Assembly (NCBI GenBank): GCA_964518565.1 | Contig: CAZFGX010000001.1 | Location: 524,470-588,469 of the forward strand | Direction: 5' to 3' | DNA length: 64,000 nucleotides | Origin: an uncultured Gammaproteobacteria bacterium | Lineage (GTDB): Bacteria; Patescibacteriota; Microgenomatia; CAZETR01; Amesbacteraceae | In this document: one piece after another, positions 1-9,404 of the stretch | Numbering within the stretch: position 1 is the first letter of the stretch | Layout of the letters: each line of letters begins with the position of its first letter | Program-made: the position numbers and the translations under genes | The notes under the pieces: model-generated | Told to the model about the DNA's origin: nothing | Database searches by the model: none | The model's input: the letters and a program-made list of their open reading frames with translations, nothing else

Positions 1-1
1 A

Positions 2-496
2 CACGAAGGCAAATCTATTCGTTTCAAGGAAGATGATGTCCGCCCAACCGCCCGAGACACTATGGGTGTTCGCGGTATTGAATTAAAAGAAATTGACTAT
101 GTTGTAGGTCTCGAAGTCTTACCTTCCACCAAAGAAGCCCCCAAAGACGGCCGGCGCAAAGCATTTGAAGATGTTCTCATCGTGACCGAAAAAGGTCTCG
201 GTAAACGCACAGGCGTCAAAGAATGGCCACTTCAAAAACGTGGCGGCCAAGGTGTAAAAGCTGCTAGTCTGACCGACAAAACCGGCAAACTAGTCTCATG
301 TATGGCAGTCGACGAGACGATCGAACAAGTTGTTTTGACCAGTAAATCAGCTCAAATTATTAAGCTCCCACTCAAAAATATTCCCACTCTCGGTCGTGAT
401 ACTCAGGGAGTAATATTAATGCGATTTAGCGAAAAAAATGACGCTGTCGCCGCTGTAACCTATCTCGAAAAAGACACCCCAGTAAATGAAAAATAA
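2..496 (+). CDS. gyrA: DNA gyrase subunit A, C-terminal fragment (5' end outside window)
   Basis: Open frame runs from position 2 with no stop. The 'FKEDDVRPTARDTMGVRGIEL' motif matches the GyrA C-terminal beta-pinwheel ('...VRPMGRTA.GVRGI'). It precedes the stop at 496. Confidence 0.8.
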   Translation, partial: HEGKSIRFKEDDVRPTARDTMGVRGIELKEIDYVVGLEVLPSTKEAPKDGRRKAFEDVLIVTEKGLGKRTGVKEWPLQKRGGQGVKAASLTDKTGKLVSCMAVDETIEQVVLTSKSAQIIKLPLKNIPTLGRDTQGVILMRFSEKNDAVAAVTYLEKDTPVNEK

Positions 497-1046
497 ATCT
501 GAAATTTGGGCAGATATAACAGCCCAAGTAGATACAATTACGGACGGATTAGGCATGCCCATCGACCCGAAGATCAAACCTCTTGTCATAGCCTTAAACG
601 CTTTAGATTTCCCTACAAACATGTCCTGTGAAGGCCATTTGCATCGCGGACAACCTACTCCATGGATATCTTTTGAATGCCTAACACAAAAAGAGATTGA
701 CCAAAAATACGAACAAAGAAAAATTAAATACGAAAATGCCAAAGCAAAAGATTCAAGGGAAGTTTGGCTAGAATTCCACAAATGGGACGAGGAGCAGCTT
801 CGACCAGTCAGAGTATTTGCGACAAGATTGTGCAAATTGCTAGAGGATTTTTATGTCGATTATCATCCACCATATCATGCAATGTTTGTCATATCACGCA
901 GCAGTTCCAGCTGTCGTATAGAGCCCATTGGGGATGATGAGCAATATATAACCAGTACTGAAGAAAAAGCCCAACGATTAAAATTATATCAACAGGAAGC
1001 ACAAAAATTAGCCGAATTTACCAAAAATAAATTTTTCAACTCTTAG
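486..1046 (+). CDS. hypothetical protein
   Basis: 186-aa ORF with no recognisable motif. It overlaps the gyrA stop by 11 nt. Confidence 0.4.
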   Translation: MKNKSEIWADITAQVDTITDGLGMPIDPKIKPLVIALNALDFPTNMSCEGHLHRGQPTPWISFECLTQKEIDQKYEQRKIKYENAKAKDSREVWLEFHKWDEEQLRPVRVFATRLCKLLEDFYVDYHPPYHAMFVISRSSSSCRIEPIGDDEQYITSTEEKAQRLKLYQQEAQKLAEFTKNKFFNS

Positions 1047-1105
1047 TTTTTAAATCGAAAATAAATCATTGACACACAGGTGGCAAAGGGGAGTAATATA
1101 GAACC

Positions 1106-1321
1106 ATGAAAAATAATTCAGCGATAGAAAAGAAACTTGAGAATCTCCAGCGAGCAATTAAACAACTGCATGATGAAAACTCTGAAGGGTTCAAAAATAT
1201 TAAGCAAAAATTCACAAATTTAGAACAATCATTTGAAGATTGGAAAAGTCAAATATATACATTAATCGACAATGGTTCGCTAAATCAGCCAAAGATCTAC
1301 AAGAAGAAACCGCTTTTTTAA
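1106..1321 (+). CDS. small coiled-coil hypothetical protein
   Basis: 71-aa ORF with a heptad-like charged sequence. A GGGGAG Shine-Dalgarno lies upstream. Confidence 0.3.
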   Translation: MKNNSAIEKKLENLQRAIKQLHDENSEGFKNIKQKFTNLEQSFEDWKSQIYTLIDNGSLNQPKIYKKKPLF

Positions 1322-1391
1322 ATCAACAAAATATAGATATAAGAACTCGAGTTGAAAAACTTGAGGCTTCAGTATATAAAATAAACTAGAA

Positions 1392-2135
1392 ATGAAACAG
1401 TCGCTTATTACCATCGCCGCGATTTTTGTCTTTGGTCTCGTATTCATTCACTTGATGCCCAGTATTCCCACTACCTCGACGGTTACCCAAAAACAAGATT
1501 TTTTGACTGTCTCCGGTGAAGGCAAGGTGACCACTATTCCAGATACCGCAATAGTGGAATTAGGAGTCAATATCAATCGCCCAACAGTCAAAGCAGCCCA
1601 AACCGAAGCCAACACTGCCATCAAAAAAATAACTGACGAAACCAAAAAACTGGGAGTAGAAGACAAAGATATTAAAACCAGCAATTATTCAGTCTATCCT
1701 CAATATGACTATACCGGTGGCAATCCTACTAGAATTACTGGCTATCAAGTAAATGTAAACCTGACTCTAAAAGTCCGCGATATAGAAAAAGTAAACAATA
1801 TTATCGATGCTGCTACTGCTCAAGGGGCAAATAGTGTCTCAGGAATCCAACTTACCGTCGATGACGCCAAACAAAAAGAACTTCGTCAAAGAGCTCGCGA
1901 CGAAGCAGTCAAAGAAGCCAAAGACAAAGCCGAAAGCTTAGCCCAAGCTGCTGGCATCAAACTCGGCCGTATTGTGAATATTCAAGAATCAGGACCTTCC
2001 TCAATCGTGCCGATGATGGCCAGAACAGTCATGAACGAAAAAGCTGGCATGGGTGGTGGCAGTGATCAGACACAAATTCAACCTGGATCAGCAGACATCA
2101 GTTCTTCAGTAACCCTCTACTACGAAACTCGCTAA
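1392..2135 (+). CDS. SIMPL-domain (DUF541) periplasmic/secreted protein
   Basis: N-terminal TM/signal segment. The pattern 'GEGKVTTIPDTAIVELGV...', the K/E-rich middle and 'GANSVSGIQLTVDDAK...LGRIVNIQE' resemble the SIMPL/26-kDa periplasmic immunogenic protein family. Confidence 0.65.
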   Translation: MKQSLITIAAIFVFGLVFIHLMPSIPTTSTVTQKQDFLTVSGEGKVTTIPDTAIVELGVNINRPTVKAAQTEANTAIKKITDETKKLGVEDKDIKTSNYSVYPQYDYTGGNPTRITGYQVNVNLTLKVRDIEKVNNIIDAATAQGANSVSGIQLTVDDAKQKELRQRARDEAVKEAKDKAESLAQAAGIKLGRIVNIQESGPSSIVPMMARTVMNEKAGMGGGSDQTQIQPGSADISSSVTLYYETR

Positions 2136-2611
2136 ACTTTCATTTGTCTGCGTATAAAAGTCTGCAACCCTCCCAAACGTCGATATTCGACTAATACATC
2201 CTTAGGAATAGTTCCGACATTCCCTAATACTTTTCTGCAATTTTTTGCCCCACACAAACACTTCATTTCCCAATCTGAATCTTTGCCTACAGTAGTCGAA
2301 TAATCAAATACTATTTCTTCACCCGTAGAAATATCTCTCAATGCTATTAAATTCGCCGTTTCACACAATAAAGCATTTGGAGTACAGGAATGATTAAAGT
2401 ACACAAAAGGCTGATGCAAATCCAAATACATCCGATCACCGATTTGCAGCGGATCATCATTACGTTCTATTCCATGATCTATCCGTCGCCAAGCCTCTTC
2501 CTGATTCATAACCTCACCCACAAACGTCGTAATGATTTCACCCTTAGCAATATCGCGGGTGGTAAATATACCCTTACCTTTAATAGGAGATTCTTTGACT
2601 AGCAAACTCAT
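2132..2611 (-). CDS. SET-domain protein (putative lysine methyltransferase)
   Basis: 'GKGIFTTRDIAKGEII', 'FNHSCTPNA', 'EEIVFDY' and the post-SET 'CLCGAKNCRK' are canonical SET/post-SET motifs. Confidence 0.75.
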   Translation of the reverse strand: MSLLVKESPIKGKGIFTTRDIAKGEIITTFVGEVMNQEEAWRRIDHGIERNDDPLQIGDRMYLDLHQPFVYFNHSCTPNALLCETANLIALRDISTGEEIVFDYSTTVGKDSDWEMKCLCGAKNCRKVLGNVGTIPKDVLVEYRRLGGLQTFIRRQMKV

Positions 2612-2616
2612 AAATA

Positions 2617-3651
2617 CTATCGGGGACTCGCCAACAAAAACTGTCGCTCTCGCATTCTATCTGGCAATCTACCGTACACACGTTTATAACAAATTGCCAC
2701 TAAAGTTTCCACAAATTCTTCATAAGTCCAACCCAATGCTTTAGCCGACAACCAGCATTCCACGTCCTCTCCATATGTTAAATCCGGCAATAAATTCATA
2801 TCAATAATATACGGCTTTCCCGCATCAGTAACTCGTACATCAAAACGAGCCACATCTCGGCATCCCAACAATCGATATGCTCGTTTTACCAACCTATCTA
2901 CAGACCGTTCTACATCTTTAGGTATATCGACTGGACATTCAACTCGACTATCCCAATACTCCCAGCTAGTTTTTTTCCACTTTGCTTCATAGGTAAACAC
3001 ACTCCAATTATCATCAAATTCACCACCGAAGCCAATTTCACAGTAGGGGAGTACTGCCAAATGAGAGGCATTCCCCACAACTGTCACATGATACTCACGC
3101 CCTTCAATAAACTCTTCAGCCACCACATCTCCTGGACAATGAATTCGTAAATATGCCAATCGATCGGATAATTCTTGTTCATCAATGACCACTGAGTCTT
3201 GTGAAATACCGACACTCGCATGTTCACCTGAAGGCTTCAAAATTAATGGGTACTGCATACTCCGCAAGGCGTGTACCTGTTTACGTAAAATACGAAAATG
3301 AGGCGTTGGCAATCCTGCATCAGCCAAGCGTCTTTTCATTTTCGCCTTACTCAAGCTATACAAAAAACTGCGACGATCAATACCAAACTGGGTTCTACCC
3401 AGATGTTCCATTGCCGAGAAAACCTTGCCCCACAATTTCCATCCGTCGTCTTCAATATAGTTTATTACTACATCCCCAGGTTGTTTCAACGCTTGACGCC
3501 AATTTCGTGACGTTACTTGAAACAACTGCACAATATGCCCACATGTTCGCAAAGCTGTAGATATTTGCATTGCGGCATCGATCGTATCTTGTTCAAAGTC
3601 AGTGTATAAAACCAAAACACGAATAGGATAATCAAATGATAATGGTGTCAT
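2617..3651 (-). CDS. ATP-grasp ligase, D-Ala-D-Ala-ligase-like
   Basis: 'LILKPSGEHASVGI', 'EEFIEGREYHVTVVG' and 'YIIDMNLLPDLT' follow the Ddl-type ATP-grasp pattern. The start overlaps the upstream gene stop by 4 nt. Confidence 0.7.
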   Translation of the reverse strand: MTPLSFDYPIRVLVLYTDFEQDTIDAAMQISTALRTCGHIVQLFQVTSRNWRQALKQPGDVVINYIEDDGWKLWGKVFSAMEHLGRTQFGIDRRSFLYSLSKAKMKRRLADAGLPTPHFRILRKQVHALRSMQYPLILKPSGEHASVGISQDSVVIDEQELSDRLAYLRIHCPGDVVAEEFIEGREYHVTVVGNASHLAVLPYCEIGFGGEFDDNWSVFTYEAKWKKTSWEYWDSRVECPVDIPKDVERSVDRLVKRAYRLLGCRDVARFDVRVTDAGKPYIIDMNLLPDLTYGEDVECWLSAKALGWTYEEFVETLVAICYKRVYGRLPDRMRERQFLLASPR

Positions 3652-4625
3652 AAAGCGTTTTGTATTACTCCAGAAATAAAATCTGCATAGCCCATACCTG
3701 CCAATTCACACGAATGGGTTAGTCCACCATCTTCATCCCAACCCACACCAGGATTATTGTTTATTTCCAAAACATATATCTGACCATTTTGAATTCGCAT
3801 ATCAATCCTGGGATAGCTTCGTCCGCCCAACCAGCGATAACACTCTACAGCCACCTGTTTCATTTTGTCCTGCACAGCTTTATCTAACACATCATCTTGC
3901 CATTGCGTCATATTTGCTTCCCAGCTATCAGACTTCCACTTAGCATCATAAGTCATAATCGGCACATAATGTTCCTTTTTTTCGTAACCAAAAATTGCTG
4001 GTGGCAAGGCTACTGGTTCACCTTGCTGTTCAATAACCGTCACAAATCCTTCCAAACCATCAATAAATGTCTCCGCAATCACCGGCTGATCAAACCTTCG
4101 CACTAAAATATCCGCTTTCCCCAACAAATCATCAGGTTTATTCACCACACTCTCTTGGGTTATACCGATTCCACAATGTTCATATGCTGGCTTCAAAATT
4201 ACTGGAAAATCCAACTTACCACCTCGCTCATCTCCACCACCAAACACACGCCATCCAGCAGTTGGAATATGATGTTTTTCAAATAGTTTTTTCATTAATA
4301 CTTTATTACTTGAGACCTCGTACCCCCACGAACCAGAACCAGTAAAACGAATTCCGGCAGATTCTAAAGTTTCGAGCACTGCTACTCCATGCTTCCAATC
4401 CTTGCCAGTCCATTCCACTAAATTAAATACCAAATCACAACTTAAACTACCCAGAATGCTTATATCAAACATTCCAATACCCTTCATTTCAACCCGATGA
4501 CCTAGTTGCTCCAATACCGACTTTACCTGTAAAGCAGACTGCATAGTATCATCATCAGACTCTGAAATATTTTTCGTTGAAGATGATCCAATTTGATTAT
4601 ATAAAACTACAATATACATGTACAC
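3648..4625 (-). CDS. ATP-grasp ligase, D-Ala-D-Ala-ligase-like (paralog of downstream gene)
   Basis: 'PVILKPAYEHCGIGI', 'ETFIDGLEGFVTVIE' and 'YVLEINNNPGVG' follow the Ddl-type ATP-grasp C-terminal pattern. Confidence 0.7.
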   Translation of the reverse strand: MYMYIVVLYNQIGSSSTKNISESDDDTMQSALQVKSVLEQLGHRVEMKGIGMFDISILGSLSCDLVFNLVEWTGKDWKHGVAVLETLESAGIRFTGSGSWGYEVSSNKVLMKKLFEKHHIPTAGWRVFGGGDERGGKLDFPVILKPAYEHCGIGITQESVVNKPDDLLGKADILVRRFDQPVIAETFIDGLEGFVTVIEQQGEPVALPPAIFGYEKKEHYVPIMTYDAKWKSDSWEANMTQWQDDVLDKAVQDKMKQVAVECYRWLGGRSYPRIDMRIQNGQIYVLEINNNPGVGWDEDGGLTHSCELAGMGYADFISGVIQNAL

Positions 4626-4705
4626 ATCAATTCAAAAGACATCACTAAACCTTGTCAAGTATTTATTTGCCTTACTACAGCCCAAAAACCACTATATTAC
4701 CCTCA

Positions 4706-6457
4706 CTAAAAGATTATACGTGCGCCACCCAAATCTGGGTAATCAAATTCATGAAATTTATGTATTGAACCAATCATAATTTTGTTTTTGTGAACTTTAA
4801 ATTTTTTCACTGCATTTTCAATTGCTTGTGGTCCAAATGGCTCATCCTCATAATAATATTCCAAGTTGAGATGGGGGAATACGCCAGCTTTTTCCAAGAC
4901 TGGTATTGCTTGCTTTATTTCTTCATATCGCTGGATATCATCCTTGCCATCATGATTTCGACAATGAACAAAAACGATATTGCGAGTTTTTTCATTCCAA
5001 TTGATATATTTCAAGATAGAGTACAGCCGATCTACATGATTAATAAATACTACGATCTTTCCATCAATAGTGTTTTTAAAACGTTTTTGAATAAAGCTAT
5101 GCAGTGGTGTGCCTCGAGTCAAGCGTAACAATGCCCGCAAAGTATAATCTTCGTACACCACAGCCAAAGTGATAGCGACCGCTGGCAAAAAATACATCAA
5201 AAAGTAAACAATATTCATTTTGTCGATCAAAATATTCCCCACAATACCTACAACCGTGGCACAGAACGCAATAACCACCAATGGAATTGGTGCCTTATAA
5301 GTTCTTTTTAGTTCAGACCGATTTCCTCTCAATAATAAATTCCCAAACGCAAACAAACTCATTACGCTTAAGAATGCAATAGTATAAACCCCAGCCAAAG
5401 ACAAAATATTTCCCTTAGTCACCAGCAAAATTGAAGTGCACAAAACAAAAAATCCCAAAATAATCTTCCAATATGAACCTTTACTATTTTGGCCAGTCAA
5501 AAAATCAGGCAAGCAGGCATCAGCTGCCATACGATAGACCAATCCAGATACTCCTACATAAGAGGTCAAGACCGCTCCAGCCAAAACCATAAACGCATCT
5601 GCCACAATAAGTACCTGAAATATCGGTCCACCTAGTATCAAGGCTTCCCGTGCCAATAAAAATTCTTTTGCCTGATCAATAACTGCCAGAGGACTACTAT
5701 TCAAAGCCACCAATGCAATCAAGGGATTAAAAATAGCCACCCCCACCAGCATATTTCTCAAGGTTTTACGAAATACACCAGATTGCTGTTCTTCTACAAA
5801 ATTCGCACTACTTTCAAATCCTGAAACACCCAGCAGTGATGCCGCAAAACCAAAAAACAACATTTTCACCAAACCATCCTTACCAACCAATTCAGTCATT
5901 GTGTGAGAAATATTCTCCACAAAATAAGACTGAGATGTAAGCGCATATTTTGCCCCCATAATTAAAAACAAACTCAAACAAATTACATGAAAAATAAAAA
6001 TAAATAGCGCAACCTTAGCAGAGTCTTTCAATCCTGATATCACCAAAACCGCAAAAGCCAGAAGTAAAACAATCGTTACAGGGATAATCGGAATCTGAAT
6101 AAGAGTATGCACATATTCCACGGCTACAACGGCTGAAATAACTGCGGTCGCCACATATGACAATACGGTCGTTACACCTGCAATAGCTGCAATGGTTTTT
6201 GAGGTACTATTGAGCAAACAGTTATATGCTCCACCGTTTACTGGTAAAGCTTCTACAACCTCGGTATAGACAGATTTATAACAAAAAAGTACCACTGCAA
6301 TGACTGCCAATACCAAAGGGGCATACACACCCGCAAAAAGCGCCGCAATACCTGACACGTACAGTGCCGAACTCAAAATATCATTCCCACAAATCGCAGT
6401 GGCGAACCACTGACTCAACTTAACATGATGTGGTGGGTGTGAAGACGTTTTACCCAT
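4706..6457 (-). CDS. APC-family amino-acid permease with extra C-terminal cytoplasmic domain
   Basis: About 12 TM segments. The N-terminus 'SQWFATAICGNDILSSALYVSG' is typical of an APC/amino acid transporter N-terminus. The final ~140 aa are hydrophilic and not part of the permease core. Confidence 0.7.
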   Translation of the reverse strand: MGKTSSHPPHHVKLSQWFATAICGNDILSSALYVSGIAALFAGVYAPLVLAVIAVVLFCYKSVYTEVVEALPVNGGAYNCLLNSTSKTIAAIAGVTTVLSYVATAVISAVVAVEYVHTLIQIPIIPVTIVLLLAFAVLVISGLKDSAKVALFIFIFHVICLSLFLIMGAKYALTSQSYFVENISHTMTELVGKDGLVKMLFFGFAASLLGVSGFESSANFVEEQQSGVFRKTLRNMLVGVAIFNPLIALVALNSSPLAVIDQAKEFLLAREALILGGPIFQVLIVADAFMVLAGAVLTSYVGVSGLVYRMAADACLPDFLTGQNSKGSYWKIILGFFVLCTSILLVTKGNILSLAGVYTIAFLSVMSLFAFGNLLLRGNRSELKRTYKAPIPLVVIAFCATVVGIVGNILIDKMNIVYFLMYFLPAVAITLAVVYEDYTLRALLRLTRGTPLHSFIQKRFKNTIDGKIVVFINHVDRLYSILKYINWNEKTRNIVFVHCRNHDGKDDIQRYEEIKQAIPVLEKAGVFPHLNLEYYYEDEPFGPQAIENAVKKFKVHKNKIMIGSIHKFHEFDYPDLGGARIIF

Positions 6458-6542
6458 ATATTCAAAAAAAATCGGCCAACGGGCAGATTGGCGCCACCTA
6501 ATTTTATGCCTAAATATTTTTTTTTACAAATAGGGGAGAGAG

Positions 6543-7511
6543 TTAATCTTTTAAAGCTGGATGAAATTTTCTATGTGTCTCTTCAGCATAGCGATCTGAT
6601 GCATGAACATAACGAGTTGTTGTATCTAACGATTCATGACCCAACAAAAGTTGTATCGCCGCCGGATTTGCACCATTTTCAGCTAAATATGTGGCAAATC
6701 CATGTCGCAGCGAATGAGCGGAAGTTGGGACATTGATCCGCAGTTTCTCACGATATTGTTTGATCTTCATCTGTAAATAATTGGTCGATATTCTTCGCGT
6801 AGTTTTGGAGGCATTATTCCCCCGCAGGGGGACAAACATTGCTGGACTGGAATCTGACCTAGTAGCTAAATATTTCTCTAAATGCTCAGTAGCTCGTGGT
6901 GTCAAATAAGCAAATCGTTCCTTTTTTCCTTTTCCACGTATGAAAAGTCTACCTGAGCCATCCAATTGAGTTCGATTTAATGACACCAACTCAGAAATAC
7001 GCATACCAGTAGAAAACAAGACTTCCAAAATCGCTCGATTTCGCAAACCCACAACCTGGTCAGGTTCAAATTCTACTGGCGATTCAACTAAACGTAACAA
7101 ATCACCAAGCTCAGCCACTTGTGCGTGCTTACGATCAGTCTTTACCATAGCAATAGCATCTGGCGGAATTGGCACCGGCTGGTCAATATCAATTAAATAA
7201 CGAAAATAGGTTCGCAATGCCGACAATACTCGGTTAACTGACCTAGGTTCCAGCTTATCAACCGCTGTAATCCCCGTAATCGGCCGTTTTCTATCCTTGC
7301 TGACTAAGTATGCCTTATAAAGGTTTAGGGACTGTTTATTTAGCTTGTAAAACTCTAAATTTTCCTCCTGTAAAAAATGTTCGAAAGTTTTTAAATCTGA
7401 TTCGTAGTTATACAAAGTTTCTTCGGAATAATTTTGGGTCTTTAGATAAAGCAAGAATTCATCCAAATAGGGCAAAAGGTTCAATCGAACAGATTCAGGC
7501 AGGGAAGTCAT
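6543..7511 (-). CDS. tyrosine site-specific recombinase, XerC/XerD-like
   Basis: N-terminal SAM-like 'LDEFLLYLKTQNYSEETLYNYESDLKTF'. Catalytic 'HSLRHGFATYL...LLGHESLDTTTRYVHAS' carries the R-H-R-Y signature. Confidence 0.8.
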   Translation of the reverse strand: MTSLPESVRLNLLPYLDEFLLYLKTQNYSEETLYNYESDLKTFEHFLQEENLEFYKLNKQSLNLYKAYLVSKDRKRPITGITAVDKLEPRSVNRVLSALRTYFRYLIDIDQPVPIPPDAIAMVKTDRKHAQVAELGDLLRLVESPVEFEPDQVVGLRNRAILEVLFSTGMRISELVSLNRTQLDGSGRLFIRGKGKKERFAYLTPRATEHLEKYLATRSDSSPAMFVPLRGNNASKTTRRISTNYLQMKIKQYREKLRINVPTSAHSLRHGFATYLAENGANPAAIQLLLGHESLDTTTRYVHASDRYAEETHRKFHPALKD

Positions 7512-7833
7512 AGCAAATATATATTGTAACTGGAAAAATCAAATTCAGGCACTTCTCCAGGTATACTAAATTGAGTCTAACAGATATTATACTCAGTTAT
7601 TAATTAAGGTCAATGAGTACATATTCTATACAGAGAACATAAACGCAAACAGTAAAAGAGAGCATCTCCCACAATCAACCATACTCTTCCATGCGTATAA
7701 ATGCTGTTTCTCAGGCCAAAAATGTCACATTCCTATCCATAGGTTATCCACATCAAACTGTATCATTTTGTGAAAATTTACATACCAGGCTGTGAAAAGT
7801 AACCTATAATATTCCCTCTCTACCCACCTTTTC

Positions 7834-8631
7834 TTACACTCCTCCCCCACTCGTCAGAAGCATTGTTACTAAAACTACCAGACTAATCAATGCATATTCC
7901 AAAATTGTTTTTGAAAACAACCGTTCAGTGAAATGATGCTGAGATATGCCCAAAAACACATACAGCATCGTACACAAAAATACCGAAGACACAGTAATAC
8001 TAATCGGCCAAAACGAAACTGACAAAGCAAGCAACCCTAGGCATACTGATTGCCAAAACGCATAAGCAAAAACTCGGCGTGTTAATACTGGTTCCAACCC
8101 AACCGACCAAATTCCTGGTAACAACAAGGCAAAACTACTTGCACTCACCCCTACTCCAACCAACCAAAACGGTAAACGAAATGACCACAAGGTACTAAAC
8201 AACAAAAAACCAGTCAAAATAGTCAACACATATTCCACTACCAAAGCCGCGCGCTGTAGAGCGATTGTACGTATTGCAGCCACAGAAAAAATGTTTGCAG
8301 ATAAAAATAACGCATATTGTGATATGACAAATACAATCAAAATTATTGCCTTAGCCCACCATGCTTCAGGCAACAAAACATAAAACAGGGACACTGAAAT
8401 AGAAAACAAGACTGGTGGCAGCGGGATGGTTAACCATTCAATTTTTTGCAATCCATCACGCAAAGACCATGCTACAAGTAACCACGTAAAAAGCGCCAAC
8501 AAGCCGGTTGCCGGATATTTCCATTCGAGTGGCAAAAATAACACCCAACCCATTGCCAAACCCAACAATAACGCTGATAAAACTAATTTTTGTCGCTTAC
8601 GCATAATTTGTCCAAACCTTTTGGACGTCAT
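7834..8631 (-). CDS. polytopic membrane protein, unknown function
   Basis: 265-aa ORF with multiple hydrophobic helices. Its 5' end overlaps the yebC stop region, so the true start may be internal. Confidence 0.45.
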   Translation of the reverse strand: MTSKRFGQIMRKRQKLVLSALLLGLAMGWVLFLPLEWKYPATGLLALFTWLLVAWSLRDGLQKIEWLTIPLPPVLFSISVSLFYVLLPEAWWAKAIILIVFVISQYALFLSANIFSVAAIRTIALQRAALVVEYVLTILTGFLLFSTLWSFRLPFWLVGVGVSASSFALLLPGIWSVGLEPVLTRRVFAYAFWQSVCLGLLALSVSFWPISITVSSVFLCTMLYVFLGISQHHFTERLFSKTILEYALISLVVLVTMLLTSGGGV

Positions 8632-9331
8632 CCAGATCAGACAGTTTGGTCAAAATAGATTCAATTCTCGTCTGCAATTCAGTATCTACCACTTCGACCA
8701 AGCTCAGTGGTTTCATAGACAGTTCTGCATCACTGACTGTATACCCTATAGCCTCAAGCCTATCCTTGACCGTAAATGTTTGATCCTTATCACAAAATGC
8801 TATCCAGCCCCCTTCTTGGTCATCTTCCAAATCTTCGATACCCGCCACATCAATAATCTCCAACTCCTGATCCTCTTGGCTCTTCGATCCATTACTCAAT
8901 CGAAATCTAACCTCCCCTTTCTGAGAAAACAAATAACTAACCGATCCAACACTTCCGATATTCCCTCCACTTTTCTCTATAGCCTCACGTACTGACTGCT
9001 GAGACCTCATTTTATTATCTGACAACGTACTAACCAATACCGCCGCCCCACCTGGCAAAAATCCTTCATACATTGCCTCATGCAACTCAGTTGCACCGGC
9101 ACCACTGGCGCGCTCAATGGCACGTTGGATATTTTCTTTAGGCATATTCACGGCTCGAGCCTTATCCACTGCCAACCGCAATTTAAAGTTAGATGCAGGA
9201 TCCGCAATACCTCCACCTTCACGAACAGCTACAGTAATAGCATAAGACAACTTCGTAAAAGCCGCTCCTCGCTTATTATCATTTTTCTCTTTTTGGCGAT
9301 GTATAGTCGCCCATTTTGAATGCCCGGACAT
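8597..9331 (-). CDS. yebC: YebC/PmpR family DNA-binding regulatory protein
   Basis: 'MSGHSKWATIHRQKEKNDNKRGAAFTKL' and 'ENIQRAIERASG' are the YebC signature. Confidence 0.85.
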   Translation of the reverse strand: MSGHSKWATIHRQKEKNDNKRGAAFTKLSYAITVAVREGGGIADPASNFKLRLAVDKARAVNMPKENIQRAIERASGAGATELHEAMYEGFLPGGAAVLVSTLSDNKMRSQQSVREAIEKSGGNIGSVGSVSYLFSQKGEVRFRLSNGSKSQEDQELEIIDVAGIEDLEDDQEGGWIAFCDKDQTFTVKDRLEAIGYTVSDAELSMKPLSLVEVVDTELQTRIESILTKLSDLDDVQKVWTNYA

Positions 9332-9404
9332 AGCATGATTCTATCAAAAAATATTGAATCTTGAATCTTGTGGAGTAATCGCTATACTTTCCCATGAACA
9401 AAAC

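Noticed and set aside
8426-8995. 189-aa plus-strand ORF
   Set aside because: It is antisense across the membrane-protein and yebC genes, is a frame-shadow artefact, and has no Shine-Dalgarno.
9354-9404. TTG-initiated N-terminal extension of the TPR protein inside the 'ttgaatcttgaatcttg' direct repeat
   Set aside because: It has an alternative start codon and no Shine-Dalgarno. The short tandem repeat is probably promoter or leader sequence. ATG at 9405 is the preferred start, though it remains uncertain.
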